Source: Thermodesulfobacteriota bacterium (GTDB lineage: Bacteria > Desulfobacterota_D > UBA1144 > Nemesobacterales > JAJCZQ01). Taken from it: a DNA stretch of 64,000 nucleotides. The stretch covers positions 512,001 through 576,000 of the forward strand of contig CBDBDR010000017.1 of NCBI GenBank assembly GCA_965203965.1. Direction: 5' to 3'. Every line of letters starts with the position of its first letter. Position 1 is the first letter of the stretch. The position numbers were made by a program, and so were the translations under genes. The notes under the pieces are model-generated. The model did not search any database, had not been told where the DNA came from, and saw nothing but the letters and a program-made list of their open reading frames with translations. This document shows positions 41,390 through 52,805 of this stretch, in pieces.

Positions 41390-42177
41390 ATTTAGGTATA
41401 AAAGATAAAATTGCGATAATATCAGCATCTAGCAAGGGATTGGGTAAAGCATGTGCCGAAGAACTGGCAGCTGAAGGATGTAATTTGACGATATTTTCAA
41501 GAAATCTGGCAAATATTACCAAGACAGCAAATGAAATAAGAGACAAATACAAAGTCAATATTTTATGTATAAAAGCCGATGCTAGCAATTCTAAAGACAT
41601 AAAAAACGTCGTTAAATTCACTATAAAAGAGTATAAGACCGTTCATATCCTCATAAATAATGCAGGTGGTCCACCCTTTGGCTATTTTGAGGATTTCAAT
41701 TCAAACGACTGGCAAAAAGCATTGGAATTAAATCTGTTAAGTGTTGTTAATTTAACTAAAGAGGCTATTCCATATATGAAAAAACAACAATGGGGTAGAA
41801 TCATTAACATCACGTCAATCGCCGTAAAGCAGCCCATAGATGGACTTATACTTTCCAATACGGCAAGAACAGGAGTAATTGGTTTTGCCAAAACGCTGTC
41901 AAATGAATATGGAAAATATAATATATTGATCAACAATGTATGTCCCGGGAGAATAATGACCGACAGAATAACCGAACTTGCTGAAAAAAGAGCCAAAGAA
42001 ATAAAGAAAAGCGTAAAATCAGTTATAAAAAGTATGGAATCCGATATACCGGTTGGAAGAATTGGCACTCCCCGGGAACTTGCTTCAATGGTAGCCTTTC
42101 TATCTTCAGAAAAAGCCAGCTATATAACAGGAAATACTATCCAGTTAGATGGTGGATTGAATAAAGGGTTGTTTTAA
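41386..42177 (+). CDS. SDR family oxidoreductase
   Basis: SASSKGLG, NNAGGPP, NNVCPG, YITG...DGG. Confidence 0.9.
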   Translation: MNLGIKDKIAIISASSKGLGKACAEELAAEGCNLTIFSRNLANITKTANEIRDKYKVNILCIKADASNSKDIKNVVKFTIKEYKTVHILINNAGGPPFGYFEDFNSNDWQKALELNLLSVVNLTKEAIPYMKKQQWGRIINITSIAVKQPIDGLILSNTARTGVIGFAKTLSNEYGKYNILINNVCPGRIMTDRITELAEKRAKEIKKSVKSVIKSMESDIPVGRIGTPRELASMVAFLSSEKASYITGNTIQLDGGLNKGLF

Positions 42178-42190
42178 AATCTTGCCAATA

Positions 42191-44779
42191 TTACTGGTCC
42201 ATATTACCTAACTTGGACTTAATATCTCTTAAAGTTTTCTCTCTTAACGTCTTGATGCTGTATGCTATCCTTCCATATTGAGTTTCAGAGAATTCTATAC
42301 CACCAGGAACTCTAAAGCTGTCTGCCTTATATAAATCAAGTGCATAATCCATATAATCTATCCATATTGGAAGTGCAGTTTTAGAACCAGGCTCTTTTTC
42401 TCCAAGAGAAAGATTATTATCTTTTCCAACCCAAACACCCGTTACAAGATCCGGACTATAACCAATAAACCACGCATCCTTGAAGTCATTAGATGTACCA
42501 GTTTTTCCTGCAATAGGTGATTTGTTGTTCAAAAAATTGGCTCTTATACCTGTTCCTTCTTTAACAACGGCTTGAAGCAAATCGGTAACCAAATAGGATA
42601 TATCCTCCGCTATTATTCTTTCAGGATTATTGGTTGTTTCTAAGATTAAACTTCTATTTTGTTTTAATATTTCAATGAACTCATTACTTGTTAAAAAACC
42701 GCTCTTTTCATCAATATCTTCATCGTTTAAGGCAATATAATCTCCTTCCTGTATGGTTTCATATTCATTAACACTTTGTGGTATCACTCTTCCCTTCTGT
42801 TCTGCTAACTTTTTCAACAATTCATTTCGTTGTGCCACTCTCTCTTTTTTTAATATTTTCTCCTTATCAATAAAGTATTCCCCTGTGTTATCCTCTATTA
42901 TTTGATCGTTCCTGTCATATATTCTTAAAATAAATCTTGGTTTTACCCATAAACCACCATTTGCAAAAATGGAGTAAGCCTGCACCATTTCTAAAAGAGT
43001 TACACTTGATCCTCCCAATACCAAAGATGGGTATGGATTCAGTTTGGAACTAAATTTGAATCTTCTACAATAATCCGCTGCATATTCTGTGCCAATATCC
43101 AGAATTAGCCTTACAGATGATAAATTTCTTGAATCTATTAGTGATTCCCGCAGCGTAATAGCACCCATGTATTCATCATCATAGTTTTTAGGTTCCCATT
43201 CGTCTATTGAAACAGGTGCATCAAACAGCAAAGACGTCTGAGTGTAACCTTTATCAAGGGCTGCGGAATAAATCAACGGCTTAAAAGAAGATCCTGGCTG
43301 TCTTAATGAAAAAGTTGATCTATTAAACTGTGAATCCTTGAATTCAACTCCACCGACCATTGCAACAACATTGCCGTTTTTATCAATTGATATAAGAGCA
43401 GATTGAGCATTGTTTTGAAACTTTAGCTCTACTTTTGCAATATTCTCATCAGTAATACCGTTGATTTTAACACTGATAATATCCCCAATAGAAAACTCTT
43501 CTGGGATAATATAAATATCTTTATAGGAGTTGACAGGCAAATACTTTTTTGAAAAATGGAATCCAATGCCTTCTTCAGGAAACAGACTATTTTCCTTGTT
43601 ATAAACAACATATTTGATCTCACCATTATAGTGGGAAAAGGAAACAGTTGCTGATTTTATGTGCCCCCTTACTTCTCTTACTTCAGTTACTACTGCATCG
43701 GTTGTCGTTCCATCTTTGTAATCTGTTCCAGCTTCATTCTGACCATGCAAATATAATTCTATGGAATCTCTTGAGTCCAGTTTTTCTTTGATAAAATTGT
43801 TATCCCATCTGGATTCATAATTATAAATACCTCTTTTTACAGCCCAATGAGCAGATAGACTCAGATCCACATCCATAGTTGTCATAACTTTATATCCCCC
43901 GAATCTGTATTGTTCTGTGCCCACCTTATTCTCAAGGTATTCTCTGGCATATTCAACAAAGTAAGGTGCAACCTGATAGTTAAAATCACTTTCTGAAATG
44001 ATACTGATTGGGTATTCAACAGCTTCTTTGAATTGACGGTCGTCAATTATTTCTTCTTTCCTCATAATATTCAAAACCAACTTTTGGCGATTTAAAGCAT
44101 TGTCTAAGTACTTTCTGGGAGAATATTTTTTGGGGCGTCTAGGTATTGCAGCAAGCAATGCAGCTTCAGCAACATTAATATCCCTGACGGATTTTCCAAA
44201 ATACCTGTTGCTTGCCGCCTCTACGCCATATATCCCTTCTGCAAGATAAATATGATTAAGATAAAGATATAAAATCTCATCTTTGGATAGATTTTTCTCA
44301 ATTCTGTATGAGAGTATTGCCTCCTTGAACTTTCGTGAAAACGTTCTTTCTGGAGTTAAAATCAGGTTCTTGGTAATTTGCTGTGTTATTGTGCTACCAC
44401 CTTCCACAACCTTCCCTTCCCTTATGTTTTGAACAATCGCCCTCAACACCCCCTTAAAATCCAGTCCAACATGATCAAAAAACCTTTTATCTTCAACAGC
44501 AATAAATGCACCTACCACATATTCGGGAATACTATCAAGATCAACCAGATTTCTTTTTCTGTAACCAAACCTCCCTACAAGCCTTCCATCTGATGAATAT
44601 ATTTCATTCACCAACGTTGGCTCATATTTGATTATTCCCTCCAAATTTGGTAGATCAGCAGAATAGCACCTATAGACAAGGTATGAAACACAAAACGACG
44701 TAATCATACAGGCCGCAAAAGACCATTTTATGATTTTTTTTATACGGGATCTATTTTTTTGGTGTTTTTGTTTGCTCAC
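42191..44779 (-). CDS. Penicillin-binding protein 1A (transglycosylase/transpeptidase)
   Basis: EDKRFFDH, GGSTITQQ, RKFKE, RQPGSSFKP (SxxK), SRN, GKTGT. Confidence 0.93.
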   Translation of the reverse strand: MSKQKHQKNRSRIKKIIKWSFAACMITSFCVSYLVYRCYSADLPNLEGIIKYEPTLVNEIYSSDGRLVGRFGYRKRNLVDLDSIPEYVVGAFIAVEDKRFFDHVGLDFKGVLRAIVQNIREGKVVEGGSTITQQITKNLILTPERTFSRKFKEAILSYRIEKNLSKDEILYLYLNHIYLAEGIYGVEAASNRYFGKSVRDINVAEAALLAAIPRRPKKYSPRKYLDNALNRQKLVLNIMRKEEIIDDRQFKEAVEYPISIISESDFNYQVAPYFVEYAREYLENKVGTEQYRFGGYKVMTTMDVDLSLSAHWAVKRGIYNYESRWDNNFIKEKLDSRDSIELYLHGQNEAGTDYKDGTTTDAVVTEVREVRGHIKSATVSFSHYNGEIKYVVYNKENSLFPEEGIGFHFSKKYLPVNSYKDIYIIPEEFSIGDIISVKINGITDENIAKVELKFQNNAQSALISIDKNGNVVAMVGGVEFKDSQFNRSTFSLRQPGSSFKPLIYSAALDKGYTQTSLLFDAPVSIDEWEPKNYDDEYMGAITLRESLIDSRNLSSVRLILDIGTEYAADYCRRFKFSSKLNPYPSLVLGGSSVTLLEMVQAYSIFANGGLWVKPRFILRIYDRNDQIIEDNTGEYFIDKEKILKKERVAQRNELLKKLAEQKGRVIPQSVNEYETIQEGDYIALNDEDIDEKSGFLTSNEFIEILKQNRSLILETTNNPERIIAEDISYLVTDLLQAVVKEGTGIRANFLNNKSPIAGKTGTSNDFKDAWFIGYSPDLVTGVWVGKDNNLSLGEKEPGSKTALPIWIDYMDYALDLYKADSFRVPGGIEFSETQYGRIAYSIKTLREKTLRDIKSKLGNMDQ

Positions 44780-44813
44780 CGTTCGGTTGTTATTTAAGGT
44801 ATATTGTTAAAGT

Positions 44814-45026
44814 ATGTCTGAAGATAAGAAAAATAAAAATGAACCACTCAGTGTATATATCAGCAAGTTAACCGACCAGGAGTTAAAAATCTTGCTCTTA
44901 AAACTGAAAAATGAAGTAAAAAAACCGGATGCCTCTTGGAATGACATTAAAAGTATTCTTAGACAAATCAGTAAAAAGAACAGTGAGATACCTAAAGAAA
45001 TAATCCATTTTATACTGAACAATTAA
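44814..45026 (+). CDS. Small hypothetical protein
   Basis: 70-aa helical ORF in an intergenic gap. Confidence 0.5.
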   Translation: MSEDKKNKNEPLSVYISKLTDQELKILLLKLKNEVKKPDASWNDIKSILRQISKKNSEIPKEIIHFILNN

Positions 45027-45043
45027 GGAATATAACCTGGTTT

Positions 45044-45391
45044 CTACTTAAGATGGGGTATCAATACCCACATTTTATTTTTAGTTCTTGTTCCCCACCC
45101 AGGTACCAGCAAAACAAATTCACTTACATACAGTTTTGTTTGCACTGGTTTAAATATGATTTTTCTTTTTCTCAAGCACTTTACTTCAATATCACCTTTA
45201 TCAATTAACAATAAGTTTTTGGTTTCTTCACTTTTTCCACTGCTGGACGTCTCAATTGCCAATCTTTTAACGTTTTTTCTTAACGGATCGGTTTTTGGTA
45301 TCAACCAACTTATTCTTTCCTCTGAAATTTCCAGCGTTAATTTTAAACACGGTTTATCGTCTTGATACCTATAGAGGCTGAAGCTATTCAT
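45044..45391 (-). CDS. Hypothetical protein
   Basis: 115-aa ORF overlapping the coaX stop (translational coupling). Confidence 0.55.
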   Translation of the reverse strand: MNSFSLYRYQDDKPCLKLTLEISEERISWLIPKTDPLRKNVKRLAIETSSSGKSEETKNLLLIDKGDIEVKCLRKRKIIFKPVQTKLYVSEFVLLVPGWGTRTKNKMWVLIPHLK

Positions 45392-46148
45392 TTATCTCGT
45401 GTAAATATTTGAGCCCTTTTAATGTGAGGTTTTCTTCCACCTCTTCAATTTTCTTTGACTCGCTGGCAATGAACCTTGCAAGCCCGCCTGTGGCAATTAC
45501 CTTTGGCTTGTCATCAAAGCATTGACTAATTTTGTCTATTAATCCATCAATCAAAGCTGCATAACCGTAGATTATGCCAGATTGAATACTCTCAACCGTA
45601 TTTTTTCCAATAATATTTTTCGGCTTTATAAATTCAACTCTGGGAAGTCTGGATGCTTTATGAAAGAGTGCATCTGATGATATTTTTATCCCCGGCGTAA
45701 TTACACCTCCAAGATATTCTCCCTTGCTTGATACACAGTCAAAAGTTGTAGCAGTTCCAAAGTCAACTATTATAAGCCCCGTTTTATACTCCCTAAATGC
45801 TGCAACTGAGTTAGTAATCCGATCTGCGCCGACTTCATCGGGATTATCGTACAAATTTGGCATACCTGTTTTGATGGCGCTGCTTACCATCAAAGGTTCT
45901 ATATTAAAATATCTCTTAACCATCTCCATAAAAACATCAGAAAGATCAGGAACAACACAGGAAATAATTGATGAATTTAGATTGGTTATGTCAATTCCGT
46001 TCTTTACTATCAAATCTGAAAAAATAACGGCGTATTCATCGGTGGTCTTATTCTTATTGGTGTTAATCCTAATAGTTAATAGCAGGTTATAACCTCTGTA
46101 GATTCCTCCTACTATATTTGTATTACCAATATCTATGGCTAGCAGCAT
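45384..46148 (-). CDS. coaX: Type III pantothenate kinase
   Basis: LAIDIGNTN, VGADR, IVDFGTATT, ATGG. Confidence 0.95.
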   Translation of the reverse strand: MLLAIDIGNTNIVGGIYRGYNLLLTIRINTNKNKTTDEYAVIFSDLIVKNGIDITNLNSSIISCVVPDLSDVFMEMVKRYFNIEPLMVSSAIKTGMPNLYDNPDEVGADRITNSVAAFREYKTGLIIVDFGTATTFDCVSSKGEYLGGVITPGIKISSDALFHKASRLPRVEFIKPKNIIGKNTVESIQSGIIYGYAALIDGLIDKISQCFDDKPKVIATGGLARFIASESKKIEEVEENLTLKGLKYLHEINE

Positions 46149-46276
46149 GAGATTTTATTATTCTTTATTTTGAGTAGAAATAAAGGATAATTATAAAAAT
46201 TTGCAAAACCTGCGAAGGTTGTAGTTACACAGTGTGTCTTATTTTATAAAACTTTTGAATTATCCTTGCTTGCAAA

Positions 46277-47203
46277 ATGAAAATTATAATAACTGGCGGT
46301 GCAGGATTTATTGGTTCATGGGTTGTTGATTGCTACTTGAAGAACAATCATAAAGTGTTGGTTATGGATAATCTATACGGTGGAAGTAAGGAAAACATTT
46401 CCGCTGATGCCGAATTTGTTGAATGTGACATCAGAGATGCGTCCACTGTGGAAAAAGTTTTTAAAGAATTCCAGCCGGAAATAGTAAATCACCATGCCGC
46501 TCAAAAAAATGTCAGACTATCAGTTGACAACCCGTACCTTGACGCCGACGTTAATATAATGGGTTTGCTTAATATCCTTGAAAGTTCCAGGAAGTCAGAC
46601 GTTAAAAAAATCATCTTTGCTTCAACTGGTGGAGCGATATATGGGGAACCGGAAATACTGCCTGCAGATGAAACGACTGACGAAAAACCTCTTTCACCTT
46701 ACGGAGTTTCAAAGCTATGCGCCGAATCCTATCTGGCTTATTACAAGGAGTTATATGGATTAAGTTACACCGCTCTAAGATATTCAAATGTTTATGGGGG
46801 AAGACAAAATCCACAAGGTGGTGCTGGTATAGTGGCAATATTTTGTAATAACATGCTCAACGGAATTAATTGTAAAATTTTTGGCGATGGGAAGCAAACA
46901 AGAGACTATGTATATTGTGAAGATGTTGCGAGAGCGAATCTCTTGTCCCTTACTTACCCGGATACGGATGGAATATACAACATTGGAACATCGGTTGAAA
47001 CTTCCATTAATGAAATATTTGAAAATCTAAAGCAAATCTCCGGGAGCATTTCTAAGGCTGAATATCTACCGGGGAATTTAGGAGAAGTTAAAAGAATTTC
47101 ACTGAATAGTTCATCAGCTGCCAGAAAGTTGAATTGGAAACCTCAAATTAGTTTTAATAAAGGTTTAAAAAAAACTTGGGAATGGTTCAATAAAAATAAA
47201 TAA
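46277..47203 (+). CDS. NAD-dependent epimerase/dehydratase (UDP-glucose 4-epimerase-like)
   Basis: TGGAGFIG, ASTGGAIYG, SPYGVSK, RYSNVYG. Confidence 0.9.
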   Translation: MKIIITGGAGFIGSWVVDCYLKNNHKVLVMDNLYGGSKENISADAEFVECDIRDASTVEKVFKEFQPEIVNHHAAQKNVRLSVDNPYLDADVNIMGLLNILESSRKSDVKKIIFASTGGAIYGEPEILPADETTDEKPLSPYGVSKLCAESYLAYYKELYGLSYTALRYSNVYGGRQNPQGGAGIVAIFCNNMLNGINCKIFGDGKQTRDYVYCEDVARANLLSLTYPDTDGIYNIGTSVETSINEIFENLKQISGSISKAEYLPGNLGEVKRISLNSSSAARKLNWKPQISFNKGLKKTWEWFNKNK

Positions 47204-47275
47204 TTCCATACAATACTACTTACCAATTGATAACAATCTGACTAATTGGTATTCTTTCACGTTAAGGAGATATAA

Positions 47276-47470
47276 ATGCCCAAAAAAGATGAAAAATTTT
47301 TTGATGTAAGAGTTTCAAACAGATACATAAAAGAAGGTATGCTGACCAAAAAGGAGTATGACAGTTTCATAAAAAATCTTCCAGATATTGAGGATAAAAG
47401 TGAACCTCTTATCATAGAAGATGAAAAAACTGAGATAGAAGAAAATACAGAATTAGTAGAAGATGAGTAA
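47276..47470 (+). CDS. Small hypothetical protein
   Basis: Strong SD AAGGAG; FDVRVSNRYIKEG..LPD with acidic tail. Confidence 0.7.
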   Translation: MPKKDEKFFDVRVSNRYIKEGMLTKKEYDSFIKNLPDIEDKSEPLIIEDEKTEIEENTELVEDE

Positions 47471-47525
47471 AAACAGGAAGTACGGGACATAGTTCCGCAA
47501 AAAATCTGAAAATAGTGGGGATTAA

Positions 47526-49055
47526 CTATTCCCATTCAATTGTGCTTGGCGGTTTAGTGGATATGTCATACACAACCCTGTTTACCCCTTCAACTTCGTT
47601 AATTATTCGAGTTGAAACTTTTTCAAGAACATTATCAGGTATTCTTGCCCAACTTGCCGTCATGCCATCAATGCTTGTAACAGCACGCAGTGCTATAACA
47701 TTGTCATAAGTTCTTTTATCGCCCATAACACCAACGGTTCTTATAGGAAGAAAAACACAAAACGCCTGCCAGATTTCATTATACAGGTCAGAGTTTTTTA
47801 ATTCTTCAATAAATATACGATCCGACATTCTCAGTATATTTAAACGCTCTTCATTGATCTCCCCTATTATCCTGATAGCAAGTCCCGGACCCGGAAACGG
47901 GTGCCTGTTCAGCAAATCAGGGGAAATCCCTATTGCACTTCCTACCTTTCTGACTTCGTCCTTAAAAAGCTCTCTTAATGGCTCAATTAGCTTGAGTTTC
48001 ATTTTTTCAGGCAATCCCCCCACGTTATGATGTGATTTTATAGTTGCTGAAGGTCCTTTTACATTCACACTTTCTATAACGTCTGGATAAAGGGTTCCTT
48101 GTGCCAAATATTTAACTCCTGAAATCTGTGCGGCTTCTTTCTCAAATACCTTTATAAACTCATCACCTATTATTTTTCTTTTTTCCTCGGGGTCGGTAAT
48201 TTTTCTCAGTCTCTTTATAAACCTGTTTCCTGCATCAATTGTCATAAGATTAAGACTCAGATTTTTAAATCCTTCTACAACTTCTCTACTTTCATTAAGC
48301 CTCATTAATCCTGTATCAACATAAATACAGGTTAACTTATCGCCTATTGCTTCATTGATGAGCACGGCAGCTACAGTTGAATCTACACCTCCTGACAACC
48401 CACAAATGACTTTTGACTCCGTGACTTCTTCCTTAATCCTCTTTATTGCATTTTCAACAAATGAACCGGGATTCCATTCACTCTTTAAATTGCATACCAA
48501 ACGTAGAAAATTTTTGAGTATATCTTTCCCACAGGGAGTATGAACAACTTCAGGATGGAATTGCATACCATAAATTTGCTTTGCTTTATGCTTTATGGAG
48601 GCAATGGGTGAATTAGCGGTCTTTGCCAAAGATAAAAAGCCTTCAGGGAGAGTCAATATCTTATCACCATGAGACATCCACACTTCTTTGCTATGAATAG
48701 CATGAAAAAGAGGATCATTTTCTAATATTTCAATATGAGCAGGACCAAACTCTCGCTTACTAGATATTTCAACCTCTCCACCCAGCACATGAACAATAAG
48801 CTGCATACCGTAGCAGATACCGAGTATTGGAATATCTATTTCCAACAAATATTTATCAATACTGGGTGCATCCTTGTCCCATACACTTGAAGGACTACCC
48901 GAAAGTACAATCGCCCCGGGTGAAGATTTCTTGATTTCCTCGATGGTTGTGTTGAAAGGTTTAATCTCTGAAAAAATTCCCAGCTCACGTATTCGTCTGG
49001 CTATGAGCTGAGTATATTGAGAACCAAAATCCAGTACTAATACAGTCTCGGACAT
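47526..49055 (-). CDS. guaA: GMP synthase (glutamine-hydrolysing)
   Basis: [53 protein letters not shown]. Confidence 0.97.
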   Translation of the reverse strand: MSETVLVLDFGSQYTQLIARRIRELGIFSEIKPFNTTIEEIKKSSPGAIVLSGSPSSVWDKDAPSIDKYLLEIDIPILGICYGMQLIVHVLGGEVEISSKREFGPAHIEILENDPLFHAIHSKEVWMSHGDKILTLPEGFLSLAKTANSPIASIKHKAKQIYGMQFHPEVVHTPCGKDILKNFLRLVCNLKSEWNPGSFVENAIKRIKEEVTESKVICGLSGGVDSTVAAVLINEAIGDKLTCIYVDTGLMRLNESREVVEGFKNLSLNLMTIDAGNRFIKRLRKITDPEEKRKIIGDEFIKVFEKEAAQISGVKYLAQGTLYPDVIESVNVKGPSATIKSHHNVGGLPEKMKLKLIEPLRELFKDEVRKVGSAIGISPDLLNRHPFPGPGLAIRIIGEINEERLNILRMSDRIFIEELKNSDLYNEIWQAFCVFLPIRTVGVMGDKRTYDNVIALRAVTSIDGMTASWARIPDNVLEKVSTRIINEVEGVNRVVYDISTKPPSTIEWE

Positions 49056-49071
49056 ATAGAAAACGAAGGAA

Positions 49072-50541
49072 TCACTCTATTCTGTAGTTTGGAGCCTCAT
49101 TCGTAATAATCACGTCATGCACGTGACCTTCTTTGAACCCGGCATTTGTAATTTTTATGAAATTAGCACTGCTTCTGAGTGTTTTTAAATTTTTACAACC
49201 CATATAGCCCATGCCGGATTTCAAACCACCGACAAGCTGGTAAATTACTCCACCCAACGAGCCTTTATATGGCACCCTTCCCTCTATACCTTCCGGAACC
49301 AATTTGGATTCAATCATTTCGTCCTGTGCGTAACGGTCTTTACTGCTGCCCTGCTTCATTGCTTCTATGGATCCCATTCCCCTGTAAACCTTATAAGTTC
49401 TCCCTTGAAATAAAACCGCCTCACCAGGAGCTTCATTTGTTCCTGCAAACAAATTGCCGATCATGACAGAGTAAGCTCCAAATGCGAGGGCTTTTGTAAT
49501 ATCACCTGAATATTTTATTCCACCGTCTGCAATTATTGGAACTTTTTTCTTCTCGCTAGCTTTGAACACTTCATTAATTGCAGTTACCTGCGGAACTCCA
49601 ATGCCGGAAATTATCCTAGTAGTGCATATTGAACCGGGACCAACTCCCACTTTTAGAGCATCTGCCCCTGCTTTAATCAATGCTTCTGCCGCATCAGAAG
49701 TTGCAATATTACCAGCCAGTACCTCAATATCTTTAAAGTTTTTCTTTATATCTTTAACGCTGTCTATAACCCTCTTGGAATGAGCATGGGCTGTATCAAC
49801 AGCAATAAAATCGCAGCCCACTTTGATCAGTTGTTCAACTCTCTCATCTCTTTCAGTACCCACACCAACTGCGGCACCACATCTGAGCCTTCCCATATCA
49901 TCTTTAGAAGCATTTGGAAATTTTTTTATTTTTTCAATATCCTTCATGGTTATCAAACCGCGAAGCTTGAACTTTGAATCTACAACGGGAAGTTTTTCAA
50001 TCTTATACTTGTGAAGCAAATCCTTTGCACTCTCAAGTGTCTTACCTTCCCTTAATGTTATTAAATTCTTCTGCGGAGTCATTACCCGTTTTATCTTATA
50101 GTCAAGGTTCTTCTCAAATCTCAAATCCCTGTTTGTAATTATTCCACGTAAAATACCATCATCGTCAGTTACGGGAAGACCTGTTATATCGTGCTTGACC
50201 ATAATATCCAGGGCTTCACGTACCAGTTGGTCTCCACTTACGGTAAGTGGGTTGACTATCATGCCACTTTCAAATTTCTTTACCTTTTCAACCTCTGCAA
50301 CCTGTTTCTCCACGCTCACATTACGATGAATTATTCCAATACCACCTTCTTGTGCCATAGTGATAGCGGTTTTAGCTTCTGTAACAGTATCCATTGCTGC
50401 ACTTACAAGTGGAATATTCAATTTTATTCGAGGAGTTAAACTTGTTGATACATCTACTTCATTTGGCAAAATTTCAGAGTAGGAAGGGATCAATAAAACG
50501 TCATCAAATGTCAGGGCTTCTTCTATCTTGCCCTTGTTCAT
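49072..50541 (-). CDS. guaB: IMP dehydrogenase
   Basis: [12 protein letters not shown] pair, [21 protein letters not shown]. Confidence 0.97.
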   Translation of the reverse strand: MNKGKIEEALTFDDVLLIPSYSEILPNEVDVSTSLTPRIKLNIPLVSAAMDTVTEAKTAITMAQEGGIGIIHRNVSVEKQVAEVEKVKKFESGMIVNPLTVSGDQLVREALDIMVKHDITGLPVTDDDGILRGIITNRDLRFEKNLDYKIKRVMTPQKNLITLREGKTLESAKDLLHKYKIEKLPVVDSKFKLRGLITMKDIEKIKKFPNASKDDMGRLRCGAAVGVGTERDERVEQLIKVGCDFIAVDTAHAHSKRVIDSVKDIKKNFKDIEVLAGNIATSDAAEALIKAGADALKVGVGPGSICTTRIISGIGVPQVTAINEVFKASEKKKVPIIADGGIKYSGDITKALAFGAYSVMIGNLFAGTNEAPGEAVLFQGRTYKVYRGMGSIEAMKQGSSKDRYAQDEMIESKLVPEGIEGRVPYKGSLGGVIYQLVGGLKSGMGYMGCKNLKTLRSSANFIKITNAGFKEGHVHDVIITNEAPNYRIE

Positions 50542-51023
50542 TGCTTCTTACCTTTTACTTTTGTCTTGGCTGGCTTTTTTACATTCGTTGCAGCCTTGGC
50601 TTTTGGTGTTTTTTTATCCTTGGGAGATTGTTTTTTTTTTGAACTTGTTACTGAGGATTTACTATTTTCAGTCTTTGTTTTTTTAGAGATTGGAGCAGAT
50701 CTCCCAATGCTTTTATTACTTTTTTCAACTACTTTTCCTGTATCCATTCTGGCAACAACAATTTCTTGAAATAATTCCACAGTTTTTTTTCTCGTCTCGG
50801 GAATAGCAACTCCAAGTTCAAACTCTATCTCCTGATTTTTTCCTATGAGATGAAAGAATACAGGCAAAACACCTACATAAGTATTGGCACTAACTTTCTC
50901 AAATCCGAGTGATTTAAGCAATCCTTTTTGGAAAACAGGAAGCTGCATGGTTGCAACCTCCATAGTTTCTTGAGGCAATAATCCATCCTGACTTAAACTT
51001 ATTTTTATCTTGGTAGTTTTCAT
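50538..51023 (-). CDS. Hypothetical protein with Lys-rich C-terminal tail
   Basis: 161-aa ORF overlapping the guaB start (ATGA). Confidence 0.65.
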   Translation of the reverse strand: MKTTKIKISLSQDGLLPQETMEVATMQLPVFQKGLLKSLGFEKVSANTYVGVLPVFFHLIGKNQEIEFELGVAIPETRKKTVELFQEIVVARMDTGKVVEKSNKSIGRSAPISKKTKTENSKSSVTSSKKKQSPKDKKTPKAKAATNVKKPAKTKVKGKKQ

Positions 51024-51155
51024 AGTTCATCAGAAACTCCCATTGCAACATCTCTTTTTATATCAGGGAGTTTCTTACAATTAAATTATATTATTTAAGT
51101 AAAAGATATTACAATACAGGGAAGATTGAGAATTAGCAAGACAATGTTAATCAGA

Positions 51156-52577
51156 TCATTTTGAAGACGATTCGTAACCTATGATATCAACTTTGAATTT
51201 TAAACCTAATATTTTATTCCGAGCTGGAAAAAAAGAAGAAAAAGGCACTTTTTCATTCGGTTTTATGTCAGAGTTTAACCCATTCACGCTAGTAAAGTTT
51301 TTGTAATTTATCTGACCTTTTTTATTTGTAAGTTTTGAATACAACTTATCTAAAGCTTGGTTTTTCATTGCCCAGTCTGAAAGAAGGTTCCCAGCATAAA
51401 TTTCCTGAGAATAAACAGCCACATCTTCTGAAATGTAGCCCACTTTCAACTTAACAAAACTGATTGGTTCATTTGAACGATTTACGACGCTACCCGAAAC
51501 AACATATATCTGTCCATGCTTTGAACTGATCCATCTGCCGTTTTCTTCAACAATCTCCAACATCTTCATGGATAAATTTGTATAATCCTCAATCAAGTCA
51601 GTTGCTGTAGATTTGAGTTTATTGTAATAATCATTTGGATTCTCAAAGAAAACAACCACCTCACGTCCGATTTTAGAGTAATAATCATTCGGGTAGACAT
51701 TCGATTTATCTAATAAAAATGACGAGAGTGTGATTAATACACCTGAGAAAAATAATACAATTATCAGTACGAATATTTTTCCCAAAAAACCACGAGACTG
51801 CTTTTGTTCAGAACTTTCAATCCTACTCGACTGATCTGGAGGGTCAGATTCCTCAACATCCTCTGTCATTTTATCAGACTCAGGTTTCAGTTTATCCAAT
51901 ACATCTAAATCAAATTTCAGTTCATCATTTGAAGACCCTTGAGTTTTATCATAAGAAGACTGATCTGGAGGGTCAGATTCCTCAACATCCTCTGTCATTT
52001 TATCAGACTCAGGTTTCAGTTTATCCAATACATCTAAATCAAATTTCAGTTCATCATTTGAAGACCCTTGAGTTTTATCATAAGAAGACTGATCTGGAGG
52101 GTCAGATTCCTCAACATCCTCTGTCATTTTATCAGACTCAGGTTTCAGTTTATCCAATACATCTAAATCAAATTTCAGTTCATCATTTGAAGACCCTTGA
52201 GTTTTATCATAAGAAGACTGATCTGGAGAAGCAGATGTCTCAACATCCTCATGAGGCTGTGTATCATCAATGTCTTTCTTTAACTGCTCACCTTGACCGG
52301 AAGTTGAGAAACTCGATTCTTCTACCAACTGTTCATTATAAGAATTCATTTCTTCATATAAATCTTCAATGTAGCTGTCATCAGTGTCTGACAATGGTAG
52401 AGTAACGTTTTGTTTCTCAATCTCTAATGCTTTATCGTTTTCGTGTTCATCAAAAAGCTCACCTTCAAAAAAGAAAACAACTCCACAATTCGTGCATTTG
52501 ACCTCCATTCCAAGAGGGTTTATTTCCCCCTCATCAAGCCTTATCTCAGCATCACATTCTTGACATTTAATAATCAT
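51156..52577 (-). CDS. Zinc-ribbon (MJ0042-type) membrane protein, DUF3426-like architecture
   Basis: MIIKCQEC...VKCTNC, acidic linker, one TM helix, periplasmic domain with VSGSVVN. Confidence 0.75.
   Translation of the reverse strand: MIIKCQECDAEIRLDEGEINPLGMEVKCTNCGVVFFFEGELFDEHENDKALEIEKQNVTLPLSDTDDSYIEDLYEEMNSYNEQLVEESSFSTSGQGEQLKKDIDDTQPHEDVETSASPDQSSYDKTQGSSNDELKFDLDVLDKLKPESDKMTEDVEESDPPDQSSYDKTQGSSNDELKFDLDVLDKLKPESDKMTEDVEESDPPDQSSYDKTQGSSNDELKFDLDVLDKLKPESDKMTEDVEESDPPDQSSRIESSEQKQSRGFLGKIFVLIIVLFFSGVLITLSSFLLDKSNVYPNDYYSKIGREVVVFFENPNDYYNKLKSTATDLIEDYTNLSMKMLEIVEENGRWISSKHGQIYVVSGSVVNRSNEPISFVKLKVGYISEDVAVYSQEIYAGNLLSDWAMKNQALDKLYSKLTNKKGQINYKNFTSVNGLNSDIKPNEKVPFSSFFPARNKILGLKFKVDIIGYESSSK
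51829..52228 (-). repeat. 129-bp perfect tandem repeat (3 copies plus partial) in the coding linker
   Basis: GACTGATCTGGAG recurs at 51829, 51958, 52087, 52216; 43-aa unit PDQSSYDKTQGSSNDELKFDLDVLDKLKPESDKMTEDVEESDP. Confidence 0.97.
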
Positions 52578-52805
52578 AATTTAAGCAGGTAGATTTCAGT
52601 ACCAATATTAAAATCAACTTGTAGAAGGCTATAAAATAATTCTAATGCAGTCAAGCATCTTTTATACATACAAACTTACCATAAATGTTCAAATTTACCT
52701 TCGAGCATAAGTAACAGAGACGAACAAACAACTATTGCAAACAAGTTCTTTTTTCTGTAAAGTATATTTTTAGTACTAAACGGCAAAGGGGTTAACAAAC
52801 AGAGT

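Noticed and set aside
50630..50640. Long T run (A run on the coding strand) as a slippage site
   Set aside because: The ORF stays in frame through a Lys-rich tail and ends coupled to the guaB start; no alternative-frame domain to reach
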